NCBI GenBank assembly: GCA_014382585.1
Contig: JACNJL010000058.1
Location: forward strand, 27,364-91,363
Origin: Limisphaerales bacterium
GTDB lineage: Bacteria; Verrucomicrobiota; Verrucomicrobiia; Limisphaerales; UBA1100
Length of the DNA: 64,000 bases
Direction of reading: 5' to 3'
The first letter of the stretch is position 1; each line of letters opens with the position of its first letter. Positions 38,338 to 47,212 of the stretch are shown here, piece by piece. Below the pieces are notes generated by a model. That model made no database searches. It was given only the letters and a program-made list of their open reading frames with translations, and had not been told where the DNA came from. A program made the translations under genes and the position numbers.

Positions 38338-40111
38338 AATGATTATGGCGCGCGATACAATCGCTGACACAATGATATTTCGTGGCCATTTCCAGACACC
38401 CACCGGTCGAAAGCTGCCCCACATTTGCACGGTATAATTCCTGCCAGGGCGTCTGGTGTTTAAGATCACTAGCCGTAAACTCTTCACGGCGCTTGGCTAT
38501 TTCCTCATCGTCCACCAGCAATTCAACCGTGCATTGATTCAGGTCCACACGAATTTCATCACCCGTTTGAAGCAGCGCCAGATTTCCGCCGGCGGCTGAT
38601 TCCGGGGATACATTTAAAATACTCGGGCTTGCGGCAGTCCCGCTTTGCCGGCCATCGCCCAATGTGGGGAGCGTGCGAATGCCCTGCTTAATCAGAGCCG
38701 CCGGGGGTTGCATATTGACCACTTCCGCCGAGCCGGGATATCCCACCGGACCGCACCCCCGAACGACCAACATACAACGATCATCGATTCCCAAATCGGG
38801 ATCGTCGATTCGCGCATGATAATCTTCCGGCCCTTCAAACACCACCGCACGAACGGTGAAACAATTTTCTTCGCCGGGCGCGGAAAGATATCGTTCCCGG
38901 AAGCCGTCACTAATGACGCAGGTCTTGATCAATGCCCCGTCAAACAGATTGCCCGACAGCACCAGAAAACCTGCCTGCTCCTGCATTGGCTTATCGTATG
39001 CAAAAATAACCTCGCGATCCGGCGGCGGCACTTCGGAATAATTTTCTCCAATCGTCTGCCCGCTTACCGTCATTGCCCCGGTATGGATGCGCCCTGCCTC
39101 AATCAATTCCCGGGCCACAGCCGGCATGCCGCCCGCCCGATAGAATGCTTCGCCGAGATAGGTTCCCGCCGGTTGGCAGTTGACTAATAGTGGCACATCA
39201 TAGCCCACCGTTTGCCAGTCAGCAAGATCCAGCGGCACGCCAATATGCCGTGCAATGGCATTAAGATGAATGGGGCAATTGGTCGATCCCCCAATCGCTG
39301 TGTTCATCACAATTGCATTTTCAAATGCCTCTCTCGTTAAGATTTGTGACGGGCGCAAATCCTCCCCCACTATGGCCACGATGCGCACGCCGGTTGCGTA
39401 TGCCATCTGCATTCGTTCGCGGTATGCCGCGGGGATTGCGGCGCAACCCGGCAATGACATGCCCAACGCCTCGGCCAGTGAATTCATCGAGAGCGCCGTG
39501 CCCATCGTATTACAATGCCCGACACTTGGGGAGGAGGCCGCCACTTGTTCCATAAACTCCTCATAGCTGATTTTCCCTTCGGCACATTCTTTGCGCCCCT
39601 CCCAAATCATGGTTCCGGATCCGGCCAATTCACCCTTATGCCAACCATCCAGCATCGGCCCGCCACTTAGCACGATGGCGGGAAGATCCGCCGTCGCCGC
39701 GGCCATTAACAGAGCGGGGGTGGTCTTGTCACAGGCAGTGGTCAGCACAACCCCGTCCAGTGGATACCCGTGCAAAATTTCCACTAAACCGAGATAGGCC
39801 AGGTTACGATCCAGAGCTGCCGTAGGGCGACGGCAACTTTCCTGGATCGGATGCACTGGAAAAATCAACGGCACACCACCCGCATCCCTAATCCCAGCCG
39901 CCGCGCGCTCGGCGGTTTGCAAGTGAACACGATTGCACGGCGTGAGATCGCTGCCGGTTTGGGCGATGCCAATGATTGGCCTCCCGGATTGTAATTCATC
40001 GAGTGTCATCCCGAAGTTTAGATAGCGTTCCGCATAAATCGCGGTCATGCCGGGGTTGCCCGGGTTATTAAACCAATTTTCGCTGCGTAATTTATTTTCA
40101 GGTTCAGCCAT
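38336..40111 (-). CDS. IlvD/Edd family sugar-acid dehydratase (arabinonate/xylonate-dehydratase-like)
   Basis: N-terminus LRSENWFN...GMTAIYAERYLNFG...GRPIIGIAQTGSDLTPCN is typical of the pentonate-dehydratase branch. Fe-S ligand region TACDKTTP. I took the start at ATG 40111 (MAEPENK). Confidence 0.88.
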   Translation of the reverse strand: MAEPENKLRSENWFNNPGNPGMTAIYAERYLNFGMTLDELQSGRPIIGIAQTGSDLTPCNRVHLQTAERAAAGIRDAGGVPLIFPVHPIQESCRRPTAALDRNLAYLGLVEILHGYPLDGVVLTTACDKTTPALLMAAATADLPAIVLSGGPMLDGWHKGELAGSGTMIWEGRKECAEGKISYEEFMEQVAASSPSVGHCNTMGTALSMNSLAEALGMSLPGCAAIPAAYRERMQMAYATGVRIVAIVGEDLRPSQILTREAFENAIVMNTAIGGSTNCPIHLNAIARHIGVPLDLADWQTVGYDVPLLVNCQPAGTYLGEAFYRAGGMPAVARELIEAGRIHTGAMTVSGQTIGENYSEVPPPDREVIFAYDKPMQEQAGFLVLSGNLFDGALIKTCVISDGFRERYLSAPGEENCFTVRAVVFEGPEDYHARIDDPDLGIDDRCMLVVRGCGPVGYPGSAEVVNMQPPAALIKQGIRTLPTLGDGRQSGTAASPSILNVSPESAAGGNLALLQTGDEIRVDLNQCTVELLVDDEEIAKRREEFTASDLKHQTPWQELYRANVGQLSTGGCLEMATKYHCVSDCIARHNH

Positions 40112-40166
40112 AATGAAGTGCGGAAAAGCTACCGGAGACGTTACCAAAAGTCACCTCGAATGAATC

Positions 40167-40973
40167 TTGCCTCAAACGCTTCCCTCCCGCAAAGTCGCCG
40201 CCGTGTTTTCACTTAAGAACAAAAATGCTATTGTCACCGGAGCCGGCAGCGGTATCGGACAAGCCATTGCCCGCGCACTCGCGAAACAAGGGGCCGTGGT
40301 GGATATTCTCGAAATAAACCTTGAGGGGGCAGCTGAAACCCTTGAAGCCATCCAAGCCGACGGCGGCACGGCCGCTGCACATGAATGCGATGTGACCGAT
40401 CAGGCGGGAACAGCCGCTGTTTTCAAAAAGATTGCCGACAATCGTGGACAGCTTGATTGCCTGATAAACAATGCCGGGGTTGCGCACGTCGGAAACGTAT
40501 TAACCACCTCTGAAGAAGATTTCGACCGCGTGCTCAACGTAAACGTGAAAGGCGTTTATAACTGCCTCAAAGCAGGAGTTGCCCACATGCAACACAGTGG
40601 CGGTGCCATCGTCAATATCGCCTCCACCGTAAGCGTGATGGCCATCGACGACCGCTTCGCATACTCCACCAGCAAAGGTGCCGTGCTGACAATGACCTAT
40701 TCGGTCGCACGCGATTACCTCAAGCAGGGCATCCGTTGCAATGCCATCCTGCCCGCACGCATCCACACACCGTTTGTCGATGGGTTTATTCAGAAAAACT
40801 ACCCGGATAACGCTGACGAAATGTTCAAAAAACTTTCTGAAGCTCAACCAATTGGCCGCATGGGGAAACCGGACGAAGTTGCTGCGATGGCCGTGTTCTT
40901 GTGCAGCGACGAAGCCTCTTTCATCACAGGCTGCCCCTACCCTGTAGACGGCGGCACATTATACATTCGATAA
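40167..40973 (+). CDS. SDR family oxidoreductase (2-keto-3-deoxy-sugar-acid 4-dehydrogenase-like by context)
   Basis: TGAGSGIGQA cofactor motif, NNAG, and catalytic YSTSKGAV. The N-terminus (TTG start) is uncertain. Confidence 0.88.
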   Translation: MPQTLPSRKVAAVFSLKNKNAIVTGAGSGIGQAIARALAKQGAVVDILEINLEGAAETLEAIQADGGTAAAHECDVTDQAGTAAVFKKIADNRGQLDCLINNAGVAHVGNVLTTSEEDFDRVLNVNVKGVYNCLKAGVAHMQHSGGAIVNIASTVSVMAIDDRFAYSTSKGAVLTMTYSVARDYLKQGIRCNAILPARIHTPFVDGFIQKNYPDNADEMFKKLSEAQPIGRMGKPDEVAAMAVFLCSDEASFITGCPYPVDGGTLYIR

Positions 40974-40974
40974 A

Positions 40975-41826
40975 ATGAAACTTATACGAGTTGGTAATCC
41001 CGGAGAGGAAAAACCCGGCGTGCTCTCCGAAAACGGTACGCGCACTAATGTCAGCGCTTTTGGCGAGGACTATGACGAAACATTTTTCGGATCCGATGGG
41101 CCCGCACGATTGGCTGTTTGGATTCAACAGCAAAACAATCTTCCTTCTTTTGACGACCACGCGCGCCTCGGCCCACCCCTGACTCGCCCGAGCAAGCTCA
41201 TTTGCATCGGCCTCAACTACAAGGCCCACGCGGAAGAAAGCGGAACACAACTGCCGCCCGAGCCAGTAATTTTCTTCAAAGCCACCAGCGCCATCGTCGG
41301 CCCGAATGACGACCTCGTCATCCCCCGCAACGGTGACAAAACTGACTGGGAAGTTGAAATGGCATTTGTCATCGGGAAAAAAGCAAACTACGTCGATGAA
41401 GCAAATGCCCTCGACCACGTGGCCGGCTATCTTTTGCACAATGATTACAGCGAACGCGCGTTCCAACTCGAGCGCCACGGCCAATGGGTGAAAGGGAAAA
41501 GCTGTGACACGTTTGCCCCCCTCGGCCCTTTCATTGCCACCGCCGACGAGGTGCCCGATCCCCAAAACCTCAATCTATGGTTGAAGGTAAACGGCGAACA
41601 ACTTCAAGATAGCAACACCAGCGACATGGCCTACGGAGTACAACATTTAGTACACTACCTGAGCCAGTTCATGACATTACTGCCCGGCGATATCATCAGC
41701 ACCGGCACCCCCAGTGGAGTTGGGCTCGGCTTTGATCCTCCACGATTTCTGCAGCCCGGAGACGTGGTCGAACTGGGCATCACCGGTTTGGGCGAATCCA
41801 AACAAACTGCAGTTTCAGCAACCTAA
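40975..41826 (+). CDS. fumarylacetoacetate hydrolase (FAH) family protein
   Basis: Typical FAH-fold blocks KLICIGLNYKAHAEE, DWEVEMAFVIGK and GDIISTGTPSGVG. Starts 1 nt after the SDR stop. Confidence 0.88.
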   Translation: MKLIRVGNPGEEKPGVLSENGTRTNVSAFGEDYDETFFGSDGPARLAVWIQQQNNLPSFDDHARLGPPLTRPSKLICIGLNYKAHAEESGTQLPPEPVIFFKATSAIVGPNDDLVIPRNGDKTDWEVEMAFVIGKKANYVDEANALDHVAGYLLHNDYSERAFQLERHGQWVKGKSCDTFAPLGPFIATADEVPDPQNLNLWLKVNGEQLQDSNTSDMAYGVQHLVHYLSQFMTLLPGDIISTGTPSGVGLGFDPPRFLQPGDVVELGITGLGESKQTAVSAT

Positions 41827-41835
41827 CCCAAGCCA

Positions 41836-42927
41836 ATGAGTCATTTGAAACTTCACATTCCAGGCCCAGTTGAAGTCAGCGAAACCACTTGGCGCGCGAT
41901 GTCGATGCCGATGATCGGCCATCGTAGCCGGGATTTTCAAAACCTCTACGGAAAAATCCAACCCCAACTCCAACAATTGCTCGGCACGGAACGGCTTGTT
42001 TATCTCAGCACCTCCTCCGCGTGGGGCATTATGGAAGGCGCCATCCGAAACCTCGCCCAACGCAAACTGCTCTGCTGTATGTGCGGCGCGTTTTCTGACA
42101 AATGGCTGAACGTCGCAGAGCGCTGCGGCATTGCCGCCGAAGGATTGCAGGTGGATTGGGGCTCACCCATTTTGCCTGAGGCGGTGGAGACCAAGCTCGC
42201 CACAGGCGAATTTGACGCTCTCACCCTGGTACATAACGAAACCTCCACCGGCGTGATGAATCCGCTGGATGCCATCGCGAAGCTAAAGGGAAAATATCCC
42301 GATGTGATGTTCATCGTTGATAGCGTAAGCTCGATGACTGCCGTGCCGATTCACTTCGACGCACTTGGCATCGACGTCCTACTCGCAGGCACGCAAAAGG
42401 CGTGGGCATTGCCGCCGGGCCTTTCCGTGTTTACCTGCTCCGAAGCGGCGCTCAACCGCGCGGCCCAAGCGAAGACACGCGGTTATTATTTTGACTTCAT
42501 TGAATTTCAGAAAAACGCTGAGAAAAATATGACGCCCAGCACGCCGAGCATCCCACACATCAACGGGCTCTCGCATAAGCTGGACGAATTCTTCGCCGAA
42601 GGTTTGGACACCCGCTATGCGCGGCATCGGGCCACCAACCAAATGACCCGCGACTGGGCCACAAAGCACAGCTTCACGCTGCTGCCCGAAGCCGGTTACG
42701 AATCCATCTCGCTCACTTGTCTAAACAACGGCGCACGCGAGGGAGGCACGGTTGTGGATGTGCCGAAGTTGCAAAGCGCGATGAAAGAAAAAGGCATCCT
42801 CATCGATGGCGGCTACGGCAAGCTCAAAGGCAAAGCGTTTCGGCTCTCGAATATGGGAGATGAGACGGTGGAAACGATGGCCGATCTGTTCGCCAAATTG
42901 GATATGGCGATGGAAGAGGTGAGTTGA
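41836..42927 (+). CDS. class V PLP-dependent aminotransferase (serine/alanine--glyoxylate type)
   Basis: VHNETSTG, the PLP-lysine region AGTQKAWALPPGLS, and RLSNMG near the C-terminus. 363 aa. Confidence 0.82.
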   Translation: MSHLKLHIPGPVEVSETTWRAMSMPMIGHRSRDFQNLYGKIQPQLQQLLGTERLVYLSTSSAWGIMEGAIRNLAQRKLLCCMCGAFSDKWLNVAERCGIAAEGLQVDWGSPILPEAVETKLATGEFDALTLVHNETSTGVMNPLDAIAKLKGKYPDVMFIVDSVSSMTAVPIHFDALGIDVLLAGTQKAWALPPGLSVFTCSEAALNRAAQAKTRGYYFDFIEFQKNAEKNMTPSTPSIPHINGLSHKLDEFFAEGLDTRYARHRATNQMTRDWATKHSFTLLPEAGYESISLTCLNNGAREGGTVVDVPKLQSAMKEKGILIDGGYGKLKGKAFRLSNMGDETVETMADLFAKLDMAMEEVS

Positions 42928-43025
42928 ATATTTCCAAGGCCCAAGGATTGCCCGAACAGTATTGACCCGATTAGAGTTCGGATTTCATTATTAATTCGGA
43001 CTTGGGTTTCGCGGTTTGTTCATTT

Positions 43026-43505
43026 CTATGGGCTCACCGCTAATTTCTCATCACTAAACTCCCCGCCCATTAGCACGCCCTGTTCCTTGTACGGTTTGAG
43101 CATAAAATGGGTCACGGTCGAAATGACGCCCTGAAGGGTGGCCAGTTTTTCGGAGACGAATGATGAAACAGATTTCAGGTCTGTCCCTTCGACGACCACC
43201 ATTAAATCAAAGCCACCACTCATCAAATAACAGCTCTGCACCTCATCAAAACGAGCAATTCGGGAAGCAAGCCGGTCAAAACCGCCTTCACGCTCGGGGG
43301 TGATTTTGACTTCAATCACCGCACGAACAATATCCACTTCCAGCTTTTCCTCATTGATGACCGTACGGTAACCGAGGATGACACCGGTCGTTTCAAGTTC
43401 CTTAATTTTAGATTCCACCTCCACCTCAACGAGATTCAGGCGACCCGCTATTTGCGCGGGCGTAAGCGACGCATCTTCGCGCAATAATTTCAACAACTCA
43501 TCCAT
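43026..43505 (-). CDS. Lrp/AsnC family transcriptional regulator
   Basis: N-terminal HTH (LKLLREDASLTPAQIAGRLNL) and C-terminal RAM/ACT-like domain (AVIEVKITPE...VQSCYLMSGGFDLMVVVEG). Confidence 0.9.
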   Translation of the reverse strand: MDELLKLLREDASLTPAQIAGRLNLVEVEVESKIKELETTGVILGYRTVINEEKLEVDIVRAVIEVKITPEREGGFDRLASRIARFDEVQSCYLMSGGFDLMVVVEGTDLKSVSSFVSEKLATLQGVISTVTHFMLKPYKEQGVLMGGEFSDEKLAVSP

Positions 43506-43614
43506 GCCGAAGGCTAACGACTGGACGCGTGCGCGGCTATGATTTTTTATTCAGAGGGATGAAAGGTAACCGCCGAGCCCTCGAGGAATCCATTGGGAAT
43601 TTTACCGGCTAAAA

Positions 43615-44475
43615 TCAAAGCGCAACCGTGGCCGACCACCCGGCTTGGCCAAAGTGTTCGTGATATTTAGCGCGAAGGGCTTCTGCGGCCGAGCGAGTTT
43701 CAGTAATGGCAAACGTGGCGGAACCGCTGCCGGACATTAGGGAAACAAGCGCGCCGTTTGCCGCGAGAAAATATTTCAGGATGGGAAGCACCAAATGCTT
43801 TTGAAACACCGGGGCTTCAAGAGTATTGGCGAAGCCATCCAGTTTCCCCGCTTGCAACGAATCCACCATTGCGTTGGCCCGACCCGGCGTGCCGTAGGCT
43901 TCGGGTGTTGTGGCGAGGGCTTGATAGGCCCACGGGGTGCTGACGCCGAAGCCGGGGTGGATGAGCAACAATCCCCTCCCCTGCAATGCGGGAAAGGGTC
44001 CAAGGGGTTTAATTTGTTCACCACGCCCGGTGGCGAGTGCAGGTTTGTCTTGTAGAAAAAACGGGATATCAGACCCAAGGCTGGCGGCTACCTCCTGCAG
44101 TTCATCTACATTCAATGGCTTGTCAAAAAGTTCATTTAATCCGCGCAACGTAAAAGCAGCATTGCTGCTGCCCGCACCCATGCCGGCGGCGAGGGGAAGA
44201 TTTTTTTGAAGGTGGATGCGAATGCCCCCAAATTTGATTTTTTTTAAGAAAAGGGACGCCGCACGAAAGACAAGATTGTTTTCGTCAACGGCCAAACGCG
44301 GATTATTGCAAGTCAGTTCGATTCCTTTGCCAGCGCGTTCGATGCGGAGTTCATCAAACAAAGGCACGGGCTGGAGAATGGTTTCCAATTCGTGAAAACC
44401 ATCCTCGCGTCGGCGCAGAATGTTGAGCTGCAGGTTAACTTTGCAATGCGATTTGAGAACGAGGCTCATGGGCAA
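43615..44475 (-). CDS. ispE: 4-diphosphocytidyl-2-C-methyl-D-erythritol kinase
   Basis: KVNLQLNILRRREDGFHELETI N-terminus and GHMP kinase motif PLAAGMGAGSSNAA. Confidence 0.92.
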   Translation of the reverse strand: MPMSLVLKSHCKVNLQLNILRRREDGFHELETILQPVPLFDELRIERAGKGIELTCNNPRLAVDENNLVFRAASLFLKKIKFGGIRIHLQKNLPLAAGMGAGSSNAAFTLRGLNELFDKPLNVDELQEVAASLGSDIPFFLQDKPALATGRGEQIKPLGPFPALQGRGLLLIHPGFGVSTPWAYQALATTPEAYGTPGRANAMVDSLQAGKLDGFANTLEAPVFQKHLVLPILKYFLAANGALVSLMSGSGSATFAITETRSAAEALRAKYHEHFGQAGWSATVAL

Positions 44476-44478
44476 GGC

Positions 44479-45996
44479 CTAGTCTTCGTCGTCAAAAGCT
44501 GCTTCTTCACGCGCCTGATTTCGGGCCATAAACCATGCAATGATCGTACTCAATTCATAGAGCAACTGCATCGGCACGGCCACCAGTGCGAGGGTGACAG
44601 GGTCGCCGGTGGGAGTAATGACGGCGGCAAGGATGATGTTGGCCACCACGGCATACATGCGCAATCGCGAAAGTTTTTCATAATCTAATATGCCAACCTT
44701 CACAAGAAAGAGCAGGATCATGGGCATTTCAAACGCGAGCCCCATTCCCACCATAAATTTGCACACGAAGCCGATGTATTCCTCGGCCATCCATTCGTCC
44801 GCGCCAAAACCGAGCATGCCGGCAAAGCCCACCGACGCCCACAAGGCAACCTGCATAATGACAAAATAACAGAAAGCGGCGCCCAACATAAACAGCACCG
44901 AGCCCATACCGGCCAATCGAAAGACCCACTTCTTTTCTTTAATATGCAATGCGGGCAGCACAAATTGAGCGACAAAAATCAAAATGAACGGAATTGCAAT
45001 CGTGATGCCGCCGTAGAGGCCGATCTTCAGCGCGATGAAAAACGATTTGAGCGGACCGAAGGCCTTAAGCTCCACGTGCCACGGCTCTCGGTCGGAACTA
45101 TTATTGTCTACCTCAAGCTGGATCGCGAACCGATTGCCGTTGGTGCCCAGTTGATCCGTAGGCACTAGACGAAGGGCACTGATTTCAGCGGTGTTGGTGA
45201 AGGAACCTCGAAGGTTACCAACCGACGCCATATTTTTTAAATCGGATTCGCGGATATGCGAAACCACGCCACTGCCAAATTTTACCGGCACGGCGCGTTT
45301 ATCGGGGTTGGTGTTGACCTGCTCGATTTGTTGAGCCCGTTCGAGGGGCCACGTAAGAAATTTCACGATGTACGGCGAGCCGATGAGGGCAATCATCATG
45401 CCGGCCACTACGGCCACGACGCACTTCATAACCATAAAACGGAAATCCTCGAGGTGATCGAGGAAGGGTTTTATCGGGCCGCCAAAGCCTTCATTCGCAT
45501 CGTCGCCGCCATCATCATTTCCACCGTTGTCATCGCCACCAAAATTATTGCCATCGGCGTATTCGTATTCGCCATGGTCGTGTTCGTGATAGTCATCGTG
45601 ATATTCCTGATGATATTCATCTTCGTAATCGTGTGAATACTCATCGTGATAAGGATCATCATGGCCGGAATCCAACTCGCCGGCATGGTGGGGATCTTCG
45701 TGGTGCGTTTCGTCATGCGCTTGGTCATCGTGGACAGGTTCATCCTCATCCTCGTCCTCGTCGGCCGCTGTCTCAGTTTGAGGTTCAGAGAAATCAGCCT
45801 TCGGAAAATCAGATTGGGGAAATTCTACTGCGGAACCGTCTTCGGTGGGCTCATCGCCCAAAGGCAATTCGCTCTGCTCGTCGCCTTGTTCGGGCGGGGT
45901 TGCAGGTAAATCGTCTTGAGGGGGATTGCTTTCGGCGGGCGTTCCATCGCCGCCGAAATCAGAAGCCCCATGCTTGTCCTCGGGCTCCTTGGCCAT
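44479..45996 (-). CDS. tatC: twin-arginine translocase subunit TatC with long acidic/His-rich N-terminal extension
   Basis: The TatC core begins at PFLDHLEDFR and has six TM segments with a C-terminal ITPTGDPVT block. It is preceded by about 175 aa rich in D/E/H/Y. No in-frame ATG/GTG/TTG lies between the His-rich tract and the conserved core. Confidence 0.85.
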   Translation of the reverse strand: MAKEPEDKHGASDFGGDGTPAESNPPQDDLPATPPEQGDEQSELPLGDEPTEDGSAVEFPQSDFPKADFSEPQTETAADEDEDEDEPVHDDQAHDETHHEDPHHAGELDSGHDDPYHDEYSHDYEDEYHQEYHDDYHEHDHGEYEYADGNNFGGDDNGGNDDGGDDANEGFGGPIKPFLDHLEDFRFMVMKCVVAVVAGMMIALIGSPYIVKFLTWPLERAQQIEQVNTNPDKRAVPVKFGSGVVSHIRESDLKNMASVGNLRGSFTNTAEISALRLVPTDQLGTNGNRFAIQLEVDNNSSDREPWHVELKAFGPLKSFFIALKIGLYGGITIAIPFILIFVAQFVLPALHIKEKKWVFRLAGMGSVLFMLGAAFCYFVIMQVALWASVGFAGMLGFGADEWMAEEYIGFVCKFMVGMGLAFEMPMILLFLVKVGILDYEKLSRLRMYAVVANIILAAVITPTGDPVTLALVAVPMQLLYELSTIIAWFMARNQAREEAAFDDED

Positions 45997-46016
45997 AATG
46001 GAAGGGAAACTTAGCC

Positions 46017-46316
46017 TTAGTTAGATTCGGACGTAGCCTTCCCGGGCTTGTCCTCCTCCACCTCGGCTTGGGCGGTTTTTTCCTGATGATCCTCGATGGG
46101 GCGTTGACGGCGTCGGGAGCGATCGTGGTCATCCTCATGATCACTGCGATTCAGCTCATCGCCAATATCGCTGGAGGCTTTCTTGAATTCACGGATGCCT
46201 TTACCCAAGCCGCGCGCGAGTTCCGGGAGTTTTTTTGCTCCAAATAATAGCAGCACGGCGAGGCCGATAATCAACCATTCCGAACCCTGAATAAATGCCA
46301 ACATAGTTTCGCTCAT
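46017..46316 (-). CDS. tatA: twin-arginine translocase subunit TatA/E
   Basis: [35 protein letters not shown] hallmark. The start is at 46316 (MSETML) or 46304 (MLAF). The C-terminal tail is charged and His-containing. Confidence 0.85.
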   Translation of the reverse strand: MSETMLAFIQGSEWLIIGLAVLLLFGAKKLPELARGLGKGIREFKKASSDIGDELNRSDHEDDHDRSRRRQRPIEDHQEKTAQAEVEEDKPGKATSESN

Positions 46317-46366
46317 AAATTGTACGTAGTGTTTGGACAACGTAACGCAATTCTCTATTCACACAA

Positions 46367-46391
46367 GAAAAAACCCCCGATTTCTCGGGGG
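46367..46391 (-). terminator. rho-independent terminator ending the tol-pal operon
   Basis: Minus strand: cccccga-gaaa-tcggggg stem-loop (46374-46391) followed by TTTTTT (plus-strand A run 46368-46373). Located between the pal stop and the tatA start. Confidence 0.8.
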
Positions 46392-46412
46392 CTGAGAGGG
46401 TTTAGCCTTGTT

Positions 46413-47075
46413 TTACTGGGCCGGCATGAGCAAAACAAATTCGCCTCGGCGGTTTTCTGCAAAGGATTGTTCGTCTGCGCCGAGTACCATTGGCACCTTT
46501 TCGCCCTGGCTCAAGGTACGTAAACGATCGGCACCCACGTTCAGGCGCGACAATTCATCCACCACAGAAAGCGCGCGGCGTTCGCCCAGCGAGAGGTTGT
46601 AATCCTCTGTGCCCCGTTCATCGCAATGGCCTTCCACCAGCAGCTTGTGCGTGGGATGTTGGATGAGATGCAGCGCCACGAGTTTGATTTTCTCAAAGTC
46701 ATCCGGATGCACCGCCGCGCTGTCATACTCGAAGTGCACGGTCAATGCCGCAAACGCTTCGCGGTCTTCCATTTCCTGCCCAGTGAATCCTTGGCCCTGA
46801 TCATTGAGCAAGCCCGCGTTGTTTGGGTTAATTGGTTGTATGATTGCGTTGGGGTTCACAAACGGTTGGCCCCCGCTTGGAATTGTTGTGCCGCCGGGAA
46901 TTCCGCCGCCGCCAGTGGGTGTAGGCACCGGGAGCGGATTGGGATTGCTGGCCACAATGGTTTTCTGGCCGGGTATGGTGGTCAATCCCACCGGCTTTTG
47001 TGATTTGCAACTCACGGCCAGCAGCATAGCCGCCGCGCCCAGAGCTGTTGCATTGATCCACGCGATTCGTTTCAT
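46413..47075 (-). CDS. pal: peptidoglycan-associated lipoprotein (OmpA-like domain), copy 2
   Basis: Lipobox LLAVSCKS and a Pro/Gly-rich linker. OmpA domain FEYDSAAV...VEGHCDERGTEDYNLSLGERRA...NRRGEFVLL. ATG at 47075 is preceded by AAGGAAG. Confidence 0.85.
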   Translation of the reverse strand: MKRIAWINATALGAAAMLLAVSCKSQKPVGLTTIPGQKTIVASNPNPLPVPTPTGGGGIPGGTTIPSGGQPFVNPNAIIQPINPNNAGLLNDQGQGFTGQEMEDREAFAALTVHFEYDSAAVHPDDFEKIKLVALHLIQHPTHKLLVEGHCDERGTEDYNLSLGERRALSVVDELSRLNVGADRLRTLSQGEKVPMVLGADEQSFAENRRGEFVLLMPAQ

Positions 47076-47212
47076 AATTTCTTCCTTTTGGTTTTCCTCC
47101 TTGGGGTTGGTGTTTACCACCTTTGCAGATGATAAATTTTACGCGGCAAAGCGGCTGCGCCCCCAACCCCGGGGACGTACCGCTCTGCAAACCCCATGGG
47201 GCTGCCGCTGTG

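Noticed and set aside
45472-45996. The possibility that the TatC N-terminal extension is only a mis-called start.
   Set aside because: The conserved PFLDHLEDFR helix has no in-frame ATG/GTG/TTG within about 90 codons upstream. Any usable start therefore includes the His-rich tract, and I kept the extension as real (see finding).
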